Shown in pieces: positions 1-12,800 of a DNA stretch of 64,000 bases (positions within the stretch are counted from its first letter, which is position 1; the number at the start of each line of letters is the position of its first letter). Source of the stretch: Saprolegnia diclina VS20 (taxonomy: Eukaryota). The DNA is taken from assembly GCF_000281045.1 (NCBI RefSeq), contig NW_008246079.1, positions 511,813-575,812 on the forward strand, read 5' to 3'. The position numbers and the translations under genes were made by a program. The notes under the pieces were generated by a model. It searched no databases. It was not told the origin of the DNA and was given only the letters and a program-made list of their open reading frames with translations.

Positions 1-684
1 TAAGGTTGCGAGCTGTGGTTGTGGAGTGCGTTTGCTGACATATCGCTGTCTATGGAGCTTCAGCTACTGGTGTTGGTGTCATCGGAACCATCAAGTTGGC
101 TCTTTGCTGTGCCACGACCCATCGAATATGGAGAAGCGAAATGCTTGTGAATGGGCCGGTAGGAAACCCCGGTAAGGGTTGCAACCCGTAACCTGTCACT
201 GGCATTCCCGGCACAGCGTGTACGTGCTCGTGACTCGAGGAGCCGCAGAACTGCGCCGCCCGGTTCTTTTGGACTTGCTGCGCGCTCGTCGCTCGCTACA
301 TCTTGACCTCTGGGTCCAAAGACGCACATAGGACGATACGATCTTATCTTTTCCTCTCCGAATACGCCATTGTTGTGTCATCCATGCTCCTCGCCAAGCT
401 GCCGCAGACGTTGGACATCGACGTGACCGAGATGGCGCAGCTTTCGTGGATCGACCGTACCTCGTCGCTGGCGGCGAGTGGCCATCGACTTATCATAGCG
501 GATGCCCGTGTGCCAAGCAAGGAGCTCTCAACAAAACGAGCTGCTCGACCTGCAACGGGTGGTCAACCAACATGCAGTGTGAAATGGTTCCCCGTGAGGA
601 ACTTGAAACACACATTGTTGTGCTAAGAATTGGCAGACAAACTTTATCAACAGCCAACGCACAGATAAATAAAGAAATGCGAAG

Positions 685-1359
685 TTAGACTACGCTGCCC
701 GTAGGCGTCTCTAAGCGGACATGCGCAAAATCGTCGCCCTCGTTCGCGTCCACGTGGCGGCGTGTGGTGCGAAAGACGATACCGCACATGAGCGAGATGA
801 CGTAGAGGAACGCAGAAGCCAGCAAGAGGTACCATGAAACATCGTACGAGGCGCCGTCGGGCTTGGCGTAGAGACAAACGACGAGGATCGCGGCAAGGAA
901 GGCGGCGGCGTTGCAGACAACTGCAATAGGCAACGCTGGGCCTTTGTGCCGGCCAAAGCAGATACCGTTGAAGAGCGCGACGAGCGACACAAAGCCCATA
1001 GCCATCTCGAGCGCCACCATCGCAATCAGCGCGTAGCCATTAAAGCCACACGCAGAGGAGACGTGGTCGACGAGCTGCGGCGTCGAGAGGCCTGCCCACG
1101 TCGCCGTCTCGCCAAGAAGCGGCGAGTCGGAGGGCACGCTGCAAAAGCTCGAGCCTGGGTACGGCGTCAAGCTATTGCGTGTGTGGTATTGCAAGCAGCG
1201 CGTACGGCCAGGCACGTTGGTGAGGCAAAGCGCGCCAATGCCGTCGGTAAAGTTGGCACCCGCCGACCAGCGCGGGAGGCCGATGGCGACGGCAGACAAG
1301 GCGAACGCTGTAGCACAAAAGATGATGGCGCAGTGGCCCGAGGTCTTGGCCGGTGGCAT
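685..1359 (-). CDS. Four-TM claudin/PMP22-superfamily-like membrane protein, intronless
   Basis: ATG at 1359 (MPPAKTSG). Four hydrophobic segments, LPRW after TM1, Cys-rich first loop (GIGALC...RC...FC...SACG), SYDVSWYL before TM4. Confidence 0.7.
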   Translation of the reverse strand: MPPAKTSGHCAIIFCATAFALSAVAIGLPRWSAGANFTDGIGALCLTNVPGRTRCLQYHTRNSLTPYPGSSFCSVPSDSPLLGETATWAGLSTPQLVDHVSSACGFNGYALIAMVALEMAMGFVSLVALFNGICFGRHKGPALPIAVVCNAAAFLAAILVVCLYAKPDGASYDVSWYLLLASAFLYVISLMCGIVFRTTRRHVDANEGDDFAHVRLETPTGSVV

Positions 1360-2698
1360 CGTGGCGAGATCAAGTGTGAGCGACCATGGCCGCGACGCTA
1401 GCCTCCTGGACACGATGGCCTTGTCATACGCACTTGTAATTCGCGTAATACAAGCGCGTGTGTCCAGAACGGTGGACAGGGAAGGTGGTAAATAACTTCG
1501 GCAAATAGGGACATCTTGATGTTGGTATCCAAACCAAACTTCGAAGCTTGACGTGAAACCGATTGGTACTGAATAAGGGAATTAGGTGCGACGAGTCAGC
1601 CGCGCGCCACCTTGGTCGAAAGCGCAGAGAAGCCGAGTGGACAGCATTCCTCCTTGTCTACGGTGAGAACGTCAATACGACGGTTCCTCGCGTGTACACG
1701 GACAGCAAATAGTAGATACTGAAAGGACGTCATTGGACGACCTCGCGTCTTCAGAAGACCGACGGCATCGGTACCGGTATGTTTGCCCAATGAGCCAGCG
1801 CCGCTGCATATATTTGATGGCAAGCGGCCGCAAGACAAGCTACTTGAGCCCCAGCGGCTTCCGCTGACCTTTCTGACTGGGTGCCTCCCGACAGCGCCGA
1901 GAGAGATAGCACCAATAGGAGATTGGAGTCTGTCACACGGTGTGTAGTTGCTTGTTGCGCATTTCAAAGCGAGCCGTCAGTTCTCATCGGACTTGGAGTG
2001 GAGCCATCGTACGCGGCGTAGAGGCGTCGTGAAGCGAATGATGATGGCATGGTGTGATGTGATGGATTCTTGGCCGAGCATCCCCGTTGGAATGCGTTGG
2101 CACCTCGAGGACATACGATACTCGGCAGCCGACGACATACCCTGGCAACAACCACATTTTATTTGAGCGCCATGGCGTCAGCAGCGATCACATGCGGAAG
2201 CTTCTCTTCTTTACGACGGCAACAACCTTCATGCACGACGAGCGCGTTCGAAGAACTTCGCGGCACAGGACCGCCAGGACACGAAGGGGTGTCACCGCTC
2301 GGAAAACTCACCATGTATCCCTCCGTACACGGGCTGTCTGCGCCAGCAAAGCACCTGCCACGAGGGCACCACCTCCATGCTCTGCGCACCCATCGACCTC
2401 CTCGACCTCGATGGCGGGGGCTGGCTCGCAGCGTCTTGATTGACATGGCCACACGGCTGGACGCCACGGTTGTTGGCGCTGAACACTTCAAATTTTAACA
2501 CCTTGGTCTCGCACGCGAGCACATAATGCGAGTAGCTTTCACCATGACGTGGCAACCGCTGCGACCAAGTGCAAGGTGGGTCGGCCAATCAGATGCGTGT
2601 CTGCGCAGCATCCTCCGCGTACCTCATTTTCGCCCTCGCATTCGCACCATCGACGTCCGTGCCGCATTATCGAATTTGCCTTGTCGTACATACACAAC

Positions 2699-3514
2699 AT
2701 GCTCGCCTACGGTATTCTCTCGGTCGTTTTGGCCGTCGCCGCCTGTCTCTTGGCGTCCTTCGCGCTCGTCGTGCCCGCTTGGTCGGCGCTCGACAACGTC
2801 GCGTTCACCGGGTCGTCGTTCACGCTCCATACGCCCTTTGCCGCCGGCGTGTGGGGCTACTGCACGGACGTGCGCATGGACACGTCCGCGGGCTCGTACC
2901 TCGGCCACTGCGTCCTCTACCAGCGCCACGCGTCGACGACCAACACCAACTCTGTGACGATCGATGGCACCGGCCTCTGCACGCTTGAGACGACATCGTC
3001 GGCGTACACGGCCCTTCTGTCGGCGTCCCATTTGGACGCGTCCGTCTTTGACACCTTTGCTGCTGATGCGTGCGGTGTCTCGGCGTGGCTCGCGCTAGCG
3101 TGCATTCAAGTTGTCATTGCGCTTGCAGCGATCGGTATCGTCGCCGAGTGCGTTGCGCTTATCGCTGGCTGCTGCGGCGGGAAGCGCTTCCTCCAAGCCC
3201 ACGCGACCCTCGTCCACCTCACGGCCATGATGCTTGCGCTCTTTATGGCGATTGTCACCATGCTTGCATGGGCCGTGCAGACGCCGTCGCATGTGTCGTA
3301 CGCCGCGTCGTTCCACTGGCTCATCGCCGCGTTTGTGTTTTGTATGGCGTCGGTCGCTTGTGGCTTCAAGTACCGCATCGAGGCGCTGCGCGTCGCGAGC
3401 TTTAGCCCTATCCCGCTGCCGACGCGGCCATCGGTCACCAAAGACGATGACATCTTTGGCACGTCCCAGACGCCGTACCAGGAGGAAGAAGAACAGGAGC
3501 CAGCGATCGTCTAG
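2699..3514 (+). CDS. Four-TM claudin/PMP22-superfamily-like membrane protein, intronless
   Basis: ATG at 2699 (MLAYGILS). VPAW...GVWGYC...HC fits the claudin W-GLW-C-C signature; four TMs; SYAASF before TM4. Confidence 0.75.
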   Translation: MLAYGILSVVLAVAACLLASFALVVPAWSALDNVAFTGSSFTLHTPFAAGVWGYCTDVRMDTSAGSYLGHCVLYQRHASTTNTNSVTIDGTGLCTLETTSSAYTALLSASHLDASVFDTFAADACGVSAWLALACIQVVIALAAIGIVAECVALIAGCCGGKRFLQAHATLVHLTAMMLALFMAIVTMLAWAVQTPSHVSYAASFHWLIAAFVFCMASVACGFKYRIEALRVASFSPIPLPTRPSVTKDDDIFGTSQTPYQEEEEQEPAIV

Positions 3515-4159
3515 TGCATACTCACAGTGAATCGAATTGTCTTCGCATCCTCGACGTATCTTTTGTGTATCACTGCGTACCACGACCGTCGTGGCCATCG
3601 CGACACAGAGGAGGATGCAGCTGCTGCAGCTTGACCAAGTACAGAACTACCTTGCATCTTTGCGCAACCAAATTTCTGCGTGCAAGGCAAGAATGGGCCA
3701 GCCTGGTGGTTGACAGCGACGATGCGGGCCGCATGAGCAAGCCATCCAAGGTACGGGTTTCGAACCCGGCAAACCGCAAACGTCACGCGTCATGCAGCTC
3801 GTCGGCTCGTATTTTTGTACCGTGCGGGTATGATAGATGGGTGTTCCATCTGTCAGCGATGTGAGTCGATGTGTTGCCACAACACTTGGGTGCCAACTGC
3901 CCATCTCCACACAAAAAAGATACTCGCCCTCGGGTCCCCTTCTGCAGCAGCTCACAACGCCAGCGCAATACCCTTCCAGCCCGTTCCCGAGCCTCGCCCT
4001 TCGCCGTCCGAAGCCTTTCATAGCTGCCGTCGACGACAGCTGCGTCGTTGCATCTCGCTCGGTTTCGATTTGTGGCGCCAAAAATCGTGGCTACTTGCGC
4101 ACCCAAGTCAAAGGGGAGAGTGTATGTCGTCGAAACCGATCCTTGAATAGCAACTCGGT

Positions 4160-6889
4160 ATGAAGCGGAAGGAGCTTCTCGGCGCCTGCGAAGCGCTCGT
4201 CAAGTCGTATGACCCCAACATTATGACGGTCGACGCGCACGTCGACGAGGCGCTGGCCGACGTGCCCGACGCCGACCGCCTCTTTCTGCACCAAGTGCTC
4301 TATGGCTGCGTGCGCTACAAGGACGTGCTCAAGGTGTTTTTGGCCAACTTTTACATGGACAATAGCGCAAAAACGAGCCGGAACGACTACACCAAGTTTA
4401 TGATCCTCGCGTACCTGAGCATTTTCCGCCTCGGCGAAATCGGTATTGGCGCCTTCAAAAGCATCGTCTCGTCGCAAAACCCAACGTCCATGCACGTCTT
4501 TCTCGCCTACCTCTTTGACCAAGCGATTCTGCAAGGCCCGGTCCAAGCCGAGTGGATCCGCCTCCTCGACCAAGCGTTTGTCGAGGTACACTATTGTCAT
4601 ATACTACGTCAGATTGTACAATCTTAAAACTTGGTAGAAGGAGATGATCGCTAAAATGCTCGTCTTCAAGCACGACATTGATAGCATCCTCGACCACCTC
4701 CACGCCAAGGCCTTTGGCATGGCCGCGGCGCGCGAGACGCTAAAGGCCAACGGCGGCATCGTCCGCGTCGCGAGCAAAGAACCCACGATCCCGATCGCGC
4801 CCAACTTAACCAAGCCCAAGCCGCGTCCAATCGCCGAGCCGATTCGAATTCCGCTCGAGATCAAGGCGAATCCAGTGCCAGAACTCAACAAACTCACGCT
4901 CTCGGACCTCGAGACGCAGCAAAAGCAGCGGCGCGAGGCGGCCAAGCAGGAGGTAATTTGGCCCCTTTCTCTTTACAAACCGAAACGAATCGGTGCGCGT
5001 AGGTGCTAAAAAAGTACGAAGAGTCGTCGGCGCAGCCGTTCAAGCTCGAGGAGACACGAAGCAACCTCGATGCAATCAAGAAGGAGGTCGAGGACGCCCG
5101 CATGGCCGAGCTCAAACTCAAATTCAAAGCCAAGCCCGTAGGCCATCGTTGTCGAGCGCATTGTGAAGGACATGTTGTATATGTAGGCACCGCTGTTTAC
5201 CGACAAGGACGCGCCCGTGAAACTCAACACGGCGGCCATCTTGCGCGAAGACGCATTGTACAAGAAGAAGCAAGAGAAGGAAGCCAAGATCCTTCAGGTT
5301 GGCGGCTACCACAACTGACAGTATATTGACGTTCTGATTGTCCCGCAGGCGTACGAGTCGGACCTGCGCGATGCGTCCGAGTTTTACCGATGGCAGAGCG
5401 ACATGATCAAGAAGGACGACGAAGACCACCGCCGGCAAGTCGAGATGCGGCGCCTCGAGATGGCGCAGGCGCAGCACGAAGCCATTGAGGCGAGGTACCC
5501 TCCCACGACGATATGAAACCTTGCCACCCGTTCGCCTAGTCTGCGCGCCAAGGCCGAGAACCGCGAAGTTGCAATTCAAATGAAGCTTGTCGCGCGCGAG
5601 AACGACGAGAAGCGGCGACAAGAAGGTAGCTGCCATACCACCAACTTCTTTCTTGCCTCAGGTTTGCCATCTGTAGAAAACGAGCTCAACCAGCAGTACC
5701 AGCAAATCGCAACCGACATCAAACAGACGCGCGAGGTGGCGCCGCGTGAAGCCGAAGAGCGCGTTCGCCTTGAAAATGCTCGGAAGCGCGAAGAACTCAA
5801 TATAATGCTCGAGGCCGAGCGACAGCGCAAGGCCGAGCAGGACGCGATCGACCAAGCCCAGCGCGAAGACCTCATTCGCCAAATCCGCGCGCTGGACCGC
5901 GTGCACCGCGAGCACGTGGCAGTACGATAGACGCTTGCTTGAATCGGGCGCCTCTCAGCAAGACGCATCTTATAGGTGTTTGACCCGACCGAGAGCTCCA
6001 ACTATGGCCTTCTGGAAGAAATGTCGCTGGTCGAGCTCCGGGAGCGCCTGCAAATGAAGAAGGTCCAAGAGGCCGAGTGGGAAGCCGAGCGCCGCGAGCA
6101 CATTCTCGAGTGCAAAAAGGACAAGGAAGAGGACCTCAAGTCCCGCGTGCAAAACATTGCGCGCATTCGCCGTACGTCGACCATAGTCGAAGGTTTCTTG
6201 TCGTAGCTGGCTGGATCAATGCATAGAGTCGGCGGCGACCGCGAACCGTGCGGCGCGGGCGCGCAAGAAGGAGCTCGAGCAGGAAAAGCTGGAAAAGGAA
6301 AAGCAAATGCGGGACGAAGGAAACCTCAAGCTCGCGGCCAAAATGACCAAGCAGCGCGCCGAGCGCGAGGCCGAAGCGCGGCGCCTGCGCGACGAAGAGG
6401 AGCTCATCGCGAACAAACGCATGTTTCTCGGGGCGGCCAAAAACATGCTGGAAGAACGCCATTTCATGCAACAGTCGCTCGGCGCCGAGCGCGAAGCCAC
6501 GATCAAACAGCGCACGACGCAGACCGTAGGACACGCGGCGCCCGCGCATTGATTGCGTATACGCGTAGGATGCGCGCACGGACGCGGCGACCAAGCTCAT
6601 GGCCAAGAACGTGCGGCATTTGTACCGGCACCAACAAGCCCTCCTCAAGGAGCACGAGTTTGCAGTCAAGGACGAGCTCAACGAGCGTGCGACGCTCGAG
6701 ACCAAAGCCCGCCTCCGCAACGACAAGGACCATCGAAAAGCCACCGTGCGCCACGAGAAGAACCGACGATTGCACGCCAACGAGATTCTGCAAAACCGCA
6801 ATGCATATGCGACCGAGATCTCCAAGACGGACGTTGGGCATGGTCGACGGTTTGACGCTGCCCAGAGCAGCAATCAACTCGACGCATAA
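4160..6889 (+). CDS. CFAP99: Cilia- and flagella-associated protein 99-like, about 10 exons
   Basis: FLHQVLYGCVRYKDVLKVFL, VKLNTAAILREDALY, FDPTESSNYGLLEEMSLVELRERL and long coiled coil. ORF pieces join through short GT-AG introns (first 4586-4637); TAA at 6887-6889. Confidence 0.85.
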
Positions 6890-7127
6890 GCTAGTGTCGC
6901 CACAAGTCTAAGCCCCACAACATCCGATCTTATTCCACACACAGCTATGACGTGGCGGCACGAGGTGGCAGCACGCCATCCAAAGTGAAACGCCTGCAAC
7001 TTCAACCTGAGCGATGACTGCGAGTACTACACCTCGTAGCATGGAGTACGGAAAGCAACAGAGAGACAATATTGTACATCTAATATCCAACCGTGTTGTC
7101 CTGTTAATATAGTCGTCGTGTGTGCGT

Positions 7128-9023
7128 TTACTTCTTGGCCTTCTTGGCAGCGTCCAACGCCTTCTTCTTGTCCTCGAGGGCCTTGACAGCGTCCGACTTC
7201 TTGCCAATGCCGTGCTGCATGCGGCTGTATAATCTCTTGGCCTTCTTGTTCATCATCGAGACGGCCATTTCGTGCAGTTCCTCGTCTTCGGCCTGCTTCT
7301 TCATCTTCTTGGTCGGCTTGTCCGAGACGGCGGCCGGCGCCGACCGCTTCTTGCTTGACGAGTCGTCCTCATCGTCCTCGTCGTCGCTGTCGCCAGCCTC
7401 GACCTTGCCGTCGGCTTCGTCCTTGAGGCCCTGCGCAAACACGGCTTCTTCGTCCTCCGACACCTCGTCGTCCTCGTCGTCTTCGTCCGCACCGAGTTCG
7501 GCATGGACGTCGAGCGCCGACTTGAGCTTATCGAGCTGCTTGCGGTAGTCGGGCACGTAGCCCTCGGCCGCGTCGTCGACAAACGGCGAGAGATGCGGCG
7601 GCAACGACGCACCCGGCACGTACTTGTCCAGCGGCAAGAGCACGCCATTGTTGACCGAGTCGAAAATCCACTGCGGCTGGACGTACTCGCGGTTGAAGTA
7701 GCGGTGGCCCTGGTGCGGGCGATCCATAATGTGGTGCGTGATGAGCTCGCTCTTCTCGTTGAACGGCGAGCCCTGGCCTTCCCAGCCCACAACGCCGCCT
7801 TGAGCGCGGATGACAAACTCGAGCGGGGCGCCCGGGACCTCACGCGAGAGGAAGAAGCGGAGGCCGTTGAAGAGCTTGTGGTGCGACTCCTCGGCGTTCG
7901 TGTCAGCGACAAACTGGGCCGCGAGCGCGTCCGAGGCGAACGCGGCTTCGAGCGACTCGGTCATCTTGCCGTAGTTGGCAACCTCTTCCTCAGCCTCGTT
8001 GTCAGCCTCGGCCGTGATCTGGAGCGACGCAATGCGGCCTTCCGACGCCTTTTGCTGCGCGCGGACCGCATCGTCGTTGCCCGACATGTCGACGTCCTCG
8101 TCGGTCTTGGCCTTGGCCGCCTTGGGGGCGTTCTGGGCCTCAAGCTTCTGGAGCTTCATGGCGGCGAGCTGGACGCCGGCGCCGTCGAGCTGCAGATCGA
8201 TCTGCGGCGGGTAGGCCACGCCAATGTCCGTGTAGAGCTTGAAGTTGACAAACTTGAGGAGGACTTCGTAAAACTCGAGGAACGTGAGCATGACGCGGAG
8301 GTCGACGTGCTTGTCCATCTGCGGCGTGAACGTGTGGGGCACGAGCCACGTGATGGTCTCGCCAAGGACCGACGCCTGGTAGTAAATGCCCTTGATCGAC
8401 ACAAACACCTTGGTCAAGCTGCGCGAGACCGAGACGTAGTTCTGCCACTCGCGTACGAGACGCAGGCACGTCTCCGTGAGCTTCGACTTGATGCCGTTGA
8501 TGGCCGGCATGACCGCAAAGAGGTGGATGAGGCAGAGCGCGTCATCCAGGTCGCCAAGCGCATCGACAAAGCGCGGGTAGCGCTCCTTGACGATATGGTC
8601 GAGCTCGTACGTGGGCTTTTGGTCGTTCTTGCGGCGCGCTTCGGAGATGTCCTTGCGGCCGAGCGACTTCTTGAGCTTCTTCATAAACGTCTTGAACTCG
8701 CGGAACTTGTTGAGGATCGGTTCGTGCGCGAGGTGCATAATGTCCTTAATGTAGTAGTACGTCGTGGCCTTGCCGCTCGCCTTCTTCTTCGGGTCGCGCG
8801 GGTAAATACCCTTGAGGATGCAGAGGCGGCGGAAGTCCTTGAGCGTGATCTGCAGCTTCTTGATGGCCTGCGAGCGCGTAATGTAGTTGGCGACCGTGCC
8901 CTTCATGCCCTTGCGCTGCTCCTTCCCGAGCTTGGCCAGGCGGCGCTTGGAGCCATGCGCGTCCGTCTGCTTGGCCTTGATGCTCTTCAGCTTCTTCTTG
9001 CCCTTCACGCGCTTCGTCGGCAT
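7128..9023 (-). CDS. PES1: Pescadillo/Nop7, 60S biogenesis factor, intronless, 631 aa
   Basis: NYITRSQAIKKLQITLKDFRRLCILKGIYPRDP, BRCT-like segment ending YVQPQWIFDSVN, LPPHLSPF, acidic and basic C-terminus. Confidence 0.97.
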   Translation of the reverse strand: MPTKRVKGKKKLKSIKAKQTDAHGSKRRLAKLGKEQRKGMKGTVANYITRSQAIKKLQITLKDFRRLCILKGIYPRDPKKKASGKATTYYYIKDIMHLAHEPILNKFREFKTFMKKLKKSLGRKDISEARRKNDQKPTYELDHIVKERYPRFVDALGDLDDALCLIHLFAVMPAINGIKSKLTETCLRLVREWQNYVSVSRSLTKVFVSIKGIYYQASVLGETITWLVPHTFTPQMDKHVDLRVMLTFLEFYEVLLKFVNFKLYTDIGVAYPPQIDLQLDGAGVQLAAMKLQKLEAQNAPKAAKAKTDEDVDMSGNDDAVRAQQKASEGRIASLQITAEADNEAEEEVANYGKMTESLEAAFASDALAAQFVADTNAEESHHKLFNGLRFFLSREVPGAPLEFVIRAQGGVVGWEGQGSPFNEKSELITHHIMDRPHQGHRYFNREYVQPQWIFDSVNNGVLLPLDKYVPGASLPPHLSPFVDDAAEGYVPDYRKQLDKLKSALDVHAELGADEDDEDDEVSEDEEAVFAQGLKDEADGKVEAGDSDDEDDEDDSSSKKRSAPAAVSDKPTKKMKKQAEDEELHEMAVSMMNKKAKRLYSRMQHGIGKKSDAVKALEDKKKALDAAKKAKK

Positions 9024-9719
9024 CGTTCCAAGAGGATTGTTTCAACACTGAGGTCCTGTGTCTGCCAACCAATGGCGGCTTTTCAGTTGGCCTTTTTACA
9101 CGCAATTCGTGTGCGACGGGAAATAGTGTATACACAAATTAGTCTGTGCACCACCAATCCCACCGAGGTTACGGAGAACGCTTCTTGAATGGCGACGCCA
9201 ACCGAGTAGGCGCAAGCAAGTACGACAAAATGCGTGTTAAAATGTACTAGATAGTCGTTCGCTACAGGCTCTATTAAGACTGCACCTTGATCGTATTTGG
9301 AGGCAAAAAGGCGCGAAATCACGGAAGTTGGCAACGTCGACGGAATCTTGGGACTAGCTCCGCGTATGTCGTTGTTGATGGAGAGGCAAGCAGAATGGAG
9401 TGAGACGAATTGTTTCTTTTTGCACGTGAGCTCACAAATCCATCGGCGCAATCGCAGTCTAGTCGAATAGAACAACAGCAAGAACATGACGATACCGGTA
9501 CTGGTCTTATGAGGTAGAATATGTGCGTTCTATCTTGAGCGAATCTAGTGCTGCGCCCCAATGTCACATGCAGAGGCAACGTGCAATAACTTGGCTGCAT
9601 TCGATCTTCCTGAACGCGACAACGCAACTCCTGCAACCCCCGCGGACGCACACTATATCGAATCGGATCGGCGTGGTCAGTGCGCCCGTTTCATAACACT
9701 ATTTCTTGGATACCGTGCC

Positions 9720-9826
9720 AGCCAATAAGACCGCTTTAGACAATTCGACCAACCATGTTGAGCGACCACATTTTAGCACCAAATAGCCAATCAGAAGCGT
9801 GTATTCCGTATTAATAGCCAATCAGA
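9720..9826 (+). promoter_or_regulatory. CCAAT-box cluster upstream of DHX37
   Basis: AGCCAATAAGA at 9720 and two perfect copies of AATAGCCAATCAGA at 9782-9795 and 9813-9826, 44-150 nt before the ATG. Confidence 0.65.
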
Positions 9827-9869
9827 TGCATATTTCCAACGTACTTGGGCTCGCGATCCATTTTCGAGC

Positions 9870-12800
9870 ATGGCCAAGGGCAACAAGAAGCGCGTGCTAA
9901 CGCCGGCCGTGGCCCCGACGCCGACTGCCGATGTGCCCATGGATGACACCGAGCATGAAGGCCTTCTCTCCAAGGAGCTCATGGAGGAGCTCGGCGGCAA
10001 CGAGGAAGAGCTGCTGATCATGACCAAGAAGAAGAAGACCGAGAAGAAGCCCGAGGCGATCAGCGAAGAGGTCATGGCACAAGCCAAGAAGCTCAGCAAG
10101 ACGAAGCGCAAGAAGATTGCGCAGCTCGAAGCACGCAAGGCCAAGGAGGCCAAGCGTGATGTCGTGCTCCAGTCGCTCGAGTCGCAGCAGCTGCCGCAAG
10201 CGCATCTGAACCTTATGTACTCGACCGCGCGTCTCGGGCACAAGGAGACCCTTCGCGAGCGTCTGCGCCGGTCCGTCAACCAGGAAAAGGCTGGCCTTAC
10301 GCTCACGGACGCTGCGCGGAGCGAGCTCTACCAGGAGAAGCCCGTCGTCGACGAGTACGACATGGACACGGCCGAGTCGACGCCGGTGTCTGCCGCGACG
10401 ACAACCGCCGCGCCCACGACGACCGCGACCACGAACTCCAACGCAGCGGCTGTCAAGAAGAAGAAGTCCAAGAGCATCGTCAACGTTGTGCAGATGCCAT
10501 CGGCGACCCCGGCGGTTGCAACGCTGGCGCCCGAAGCCACCATGTCGGAGGCTGTCTCCTCGTCGTCGCAGTCGGCTCTGATGGCCAAGCTTCTCGAGCT
10601 CCGCCAAAAGAACGAAGAAAAGCGCCTGCAAAAGCTGGCGGGTACGGTCGCGCCTGTCGTTGCCGACAAGTACGCCGACGCGCCCAAGTACGTCCCGGCC
10701 GCCGTTCCGCTACCAACGACGTCTGAGATGGTCGCGATCGCCGAGACGCTGCCGGTCGTTGCAGTCAAGAAGACGCTTGTGGCGGTCAACCGCATCGAGT
10801 CGATCCAGCTCTCGCGCATGCAGCTGCCCGTGTGCAGCTCGGAGCAAGAGATCATGGAGGCCATTTCGCTCCACCCTGTCGTCATTCTCTGCGGTGAGAC
10901 GGGCAGTGGCAAGACGACGCAAGTGCCGCAGTTCCTCTACGAAGCCGGCTACGGCTTTGACGAACACAACCCGGGTACGCCACGACAACACAATATTGTC
11001 ATATATAACGTGAACGACTAGGCATGATTGGCGTGACGCAGCCGCGTCGTGTCGCTGCCGTAAGCACGGCCCAGCGCGTCGCGACCGAGCTCAACGTCCC
11101 CTTTGGCAAGCACGGGTCGGTCGGGTACCAGATCCGGTACGATAACGAGCACGTGGGTCAGCAGACGCGCATCAAGTTTATGACGGACGGTATTTTGCTC
11201 AAGGAAATCCAGCAAGATTTCTTGCTTAAAAAGTGCGGCACTTTTCTCTCCGATGAAAAAATCCCGAAAAATCACAGAGCTCAAACTTTATGGTGTGTAG
11301 GTACTCGATCATCCTCCTCGATGAAGCCCACGAGCGCAACGTCAACACGGATATCCTCATCGGTCTTCTTTCGCGTGTCGCGCCCTTCCGCGCGCAAATG
11401 GCTGCCGAAGAGCAGGAAATGTACGCGTCCATGACGCCCGAAGAGCGGGCGAGTGCGCCGCCGCCGCTCAAGCCGCTCAAGCTCGTAAGCAATTCGATTT
11501 TGCCAAGCAGATGTCTCAACACTTATTCTCTGCAGGTGATCATGTCGGCGACGCTGCGGGTCGAAGATTTCACCATGAACAAGACGCTCTTCCCGTCGCC
11601 GCCGCCAGTCATCAAGGTCGACGCGCGTCAGTACCCTGTCTCGGTGCATTTCAACAAACACACGGAGCTCAACGACTATGTCCACGCCGCCTATCAAAAG
11701 GTATTTATCCGCATTTTGTTGGATACTGATACATTGATACTTTGATACATAGGTCTCCAAGATCCACCGCAAGCTGCCCGACGGTGCCATTCTCGTCTTC
11801 TTGACGGGTCAGCGCGAGATTCTCCAGCTGTGTCGCAAGCTGCGCCGCACCATGGGCTCCAAGATCACGCGAAAAGCCCGCAAGCTCTCTCGGCGCAACC
11901 AAGGCGAGTCGGATGCGAACGACGACTGGTTTGCCCGCGAGCACGACGACGACGACGAGGAGGCGGACGTTGAAGAGGCCGAGCTCCTTGGTGACGAAGT
12001 CCTTTTGGACGAGAAGGACTCGGACGCGTCCGACTCGGAAGAAGAAAACGACCACCAGCCGGAAGACGACGAGGAAGGCTCGACGGAGAACTCGACGCCG
12101 TACGTGCACGTGCTCCCGCTCTACTCGATGCTGGCCAACGACGAACAGATGAAGGTACAACTCATATATCTTGTCGATCGTATCGATCGTATCGTGCTTG
12201 CAGGTCTTTGAGGCGCCGCCGCCCAAGCACCGGTTGATTGTGGTGGCAACCAACGTGGCCGAGACGTCGCTGACGATTCCTGGCGTTCGGTATAGCCAAT
12301 TTGTCTCGCCCTACAACATGTGTCTCATATGCTTAGGTATGTGGTCGATGCGGGCCGCACGAAAGAGCGCGTGTTCGACTTGAAGACGGGTATTTCCGAG
12401 TTTCAAGTGCAGTGGATCAGCAAGGCGAGTGCCGATCAGCGCGCGGGTCGTGCTGGCCGTACCGGCCCCGGCCACTGCTACCGCTTGTACTCGTCGGCCG
12501 TGTACGAGAATGAATTCCCCAAGTTTTCGCCGCCCCAGGTCGAATCTTTGGCGAGTGCTCGGGTCTGATGTCGTGTGGGAGTAGCTCTTGACGCAGCCGA
12601 TCGAAGACGTCATCTTGCAGATGAAGGCCATGGGCATTGAGCGCATCCTCAACTTTCCGTTCCCGACGCCGCCCGAAGCTGTCGCGCTCAAGGCGGCAAT
12701 GACGACGCTCATGCACCTCGGGGCGCTCAACATGGAGAACGACACGATCACGAGCCTCGGGCGGACGCTCGCGCTCTTCCCCGTCGCGGCCCGGTGCGCC

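Noticed and set aside
384..404. MLLAKLP in ORF 303-626 also occurs in the VPS13 C-terminal exon
   Set aside because: Seven-residue match with no convincing flanking similarity; treated as chance.
3750..3825. B-box/T-loop-like GGTTCGAAACCC on the minus strand
   Set aside because: No A-box or D-arm and no cloverleaf can be built.
3871..3885. Near-palindrome GTGTTGCCACAACAC upstream of CFAP99 as a possible RFX X-box
   Set aside because: Spacing does not fit the GTTNCCATGGNAAC consensus.
7503..9188. 561-aa plus-strand ORF
   Set aside because: Antisense shadow of PES1, explained by GC-rich codon bias; no motifs.
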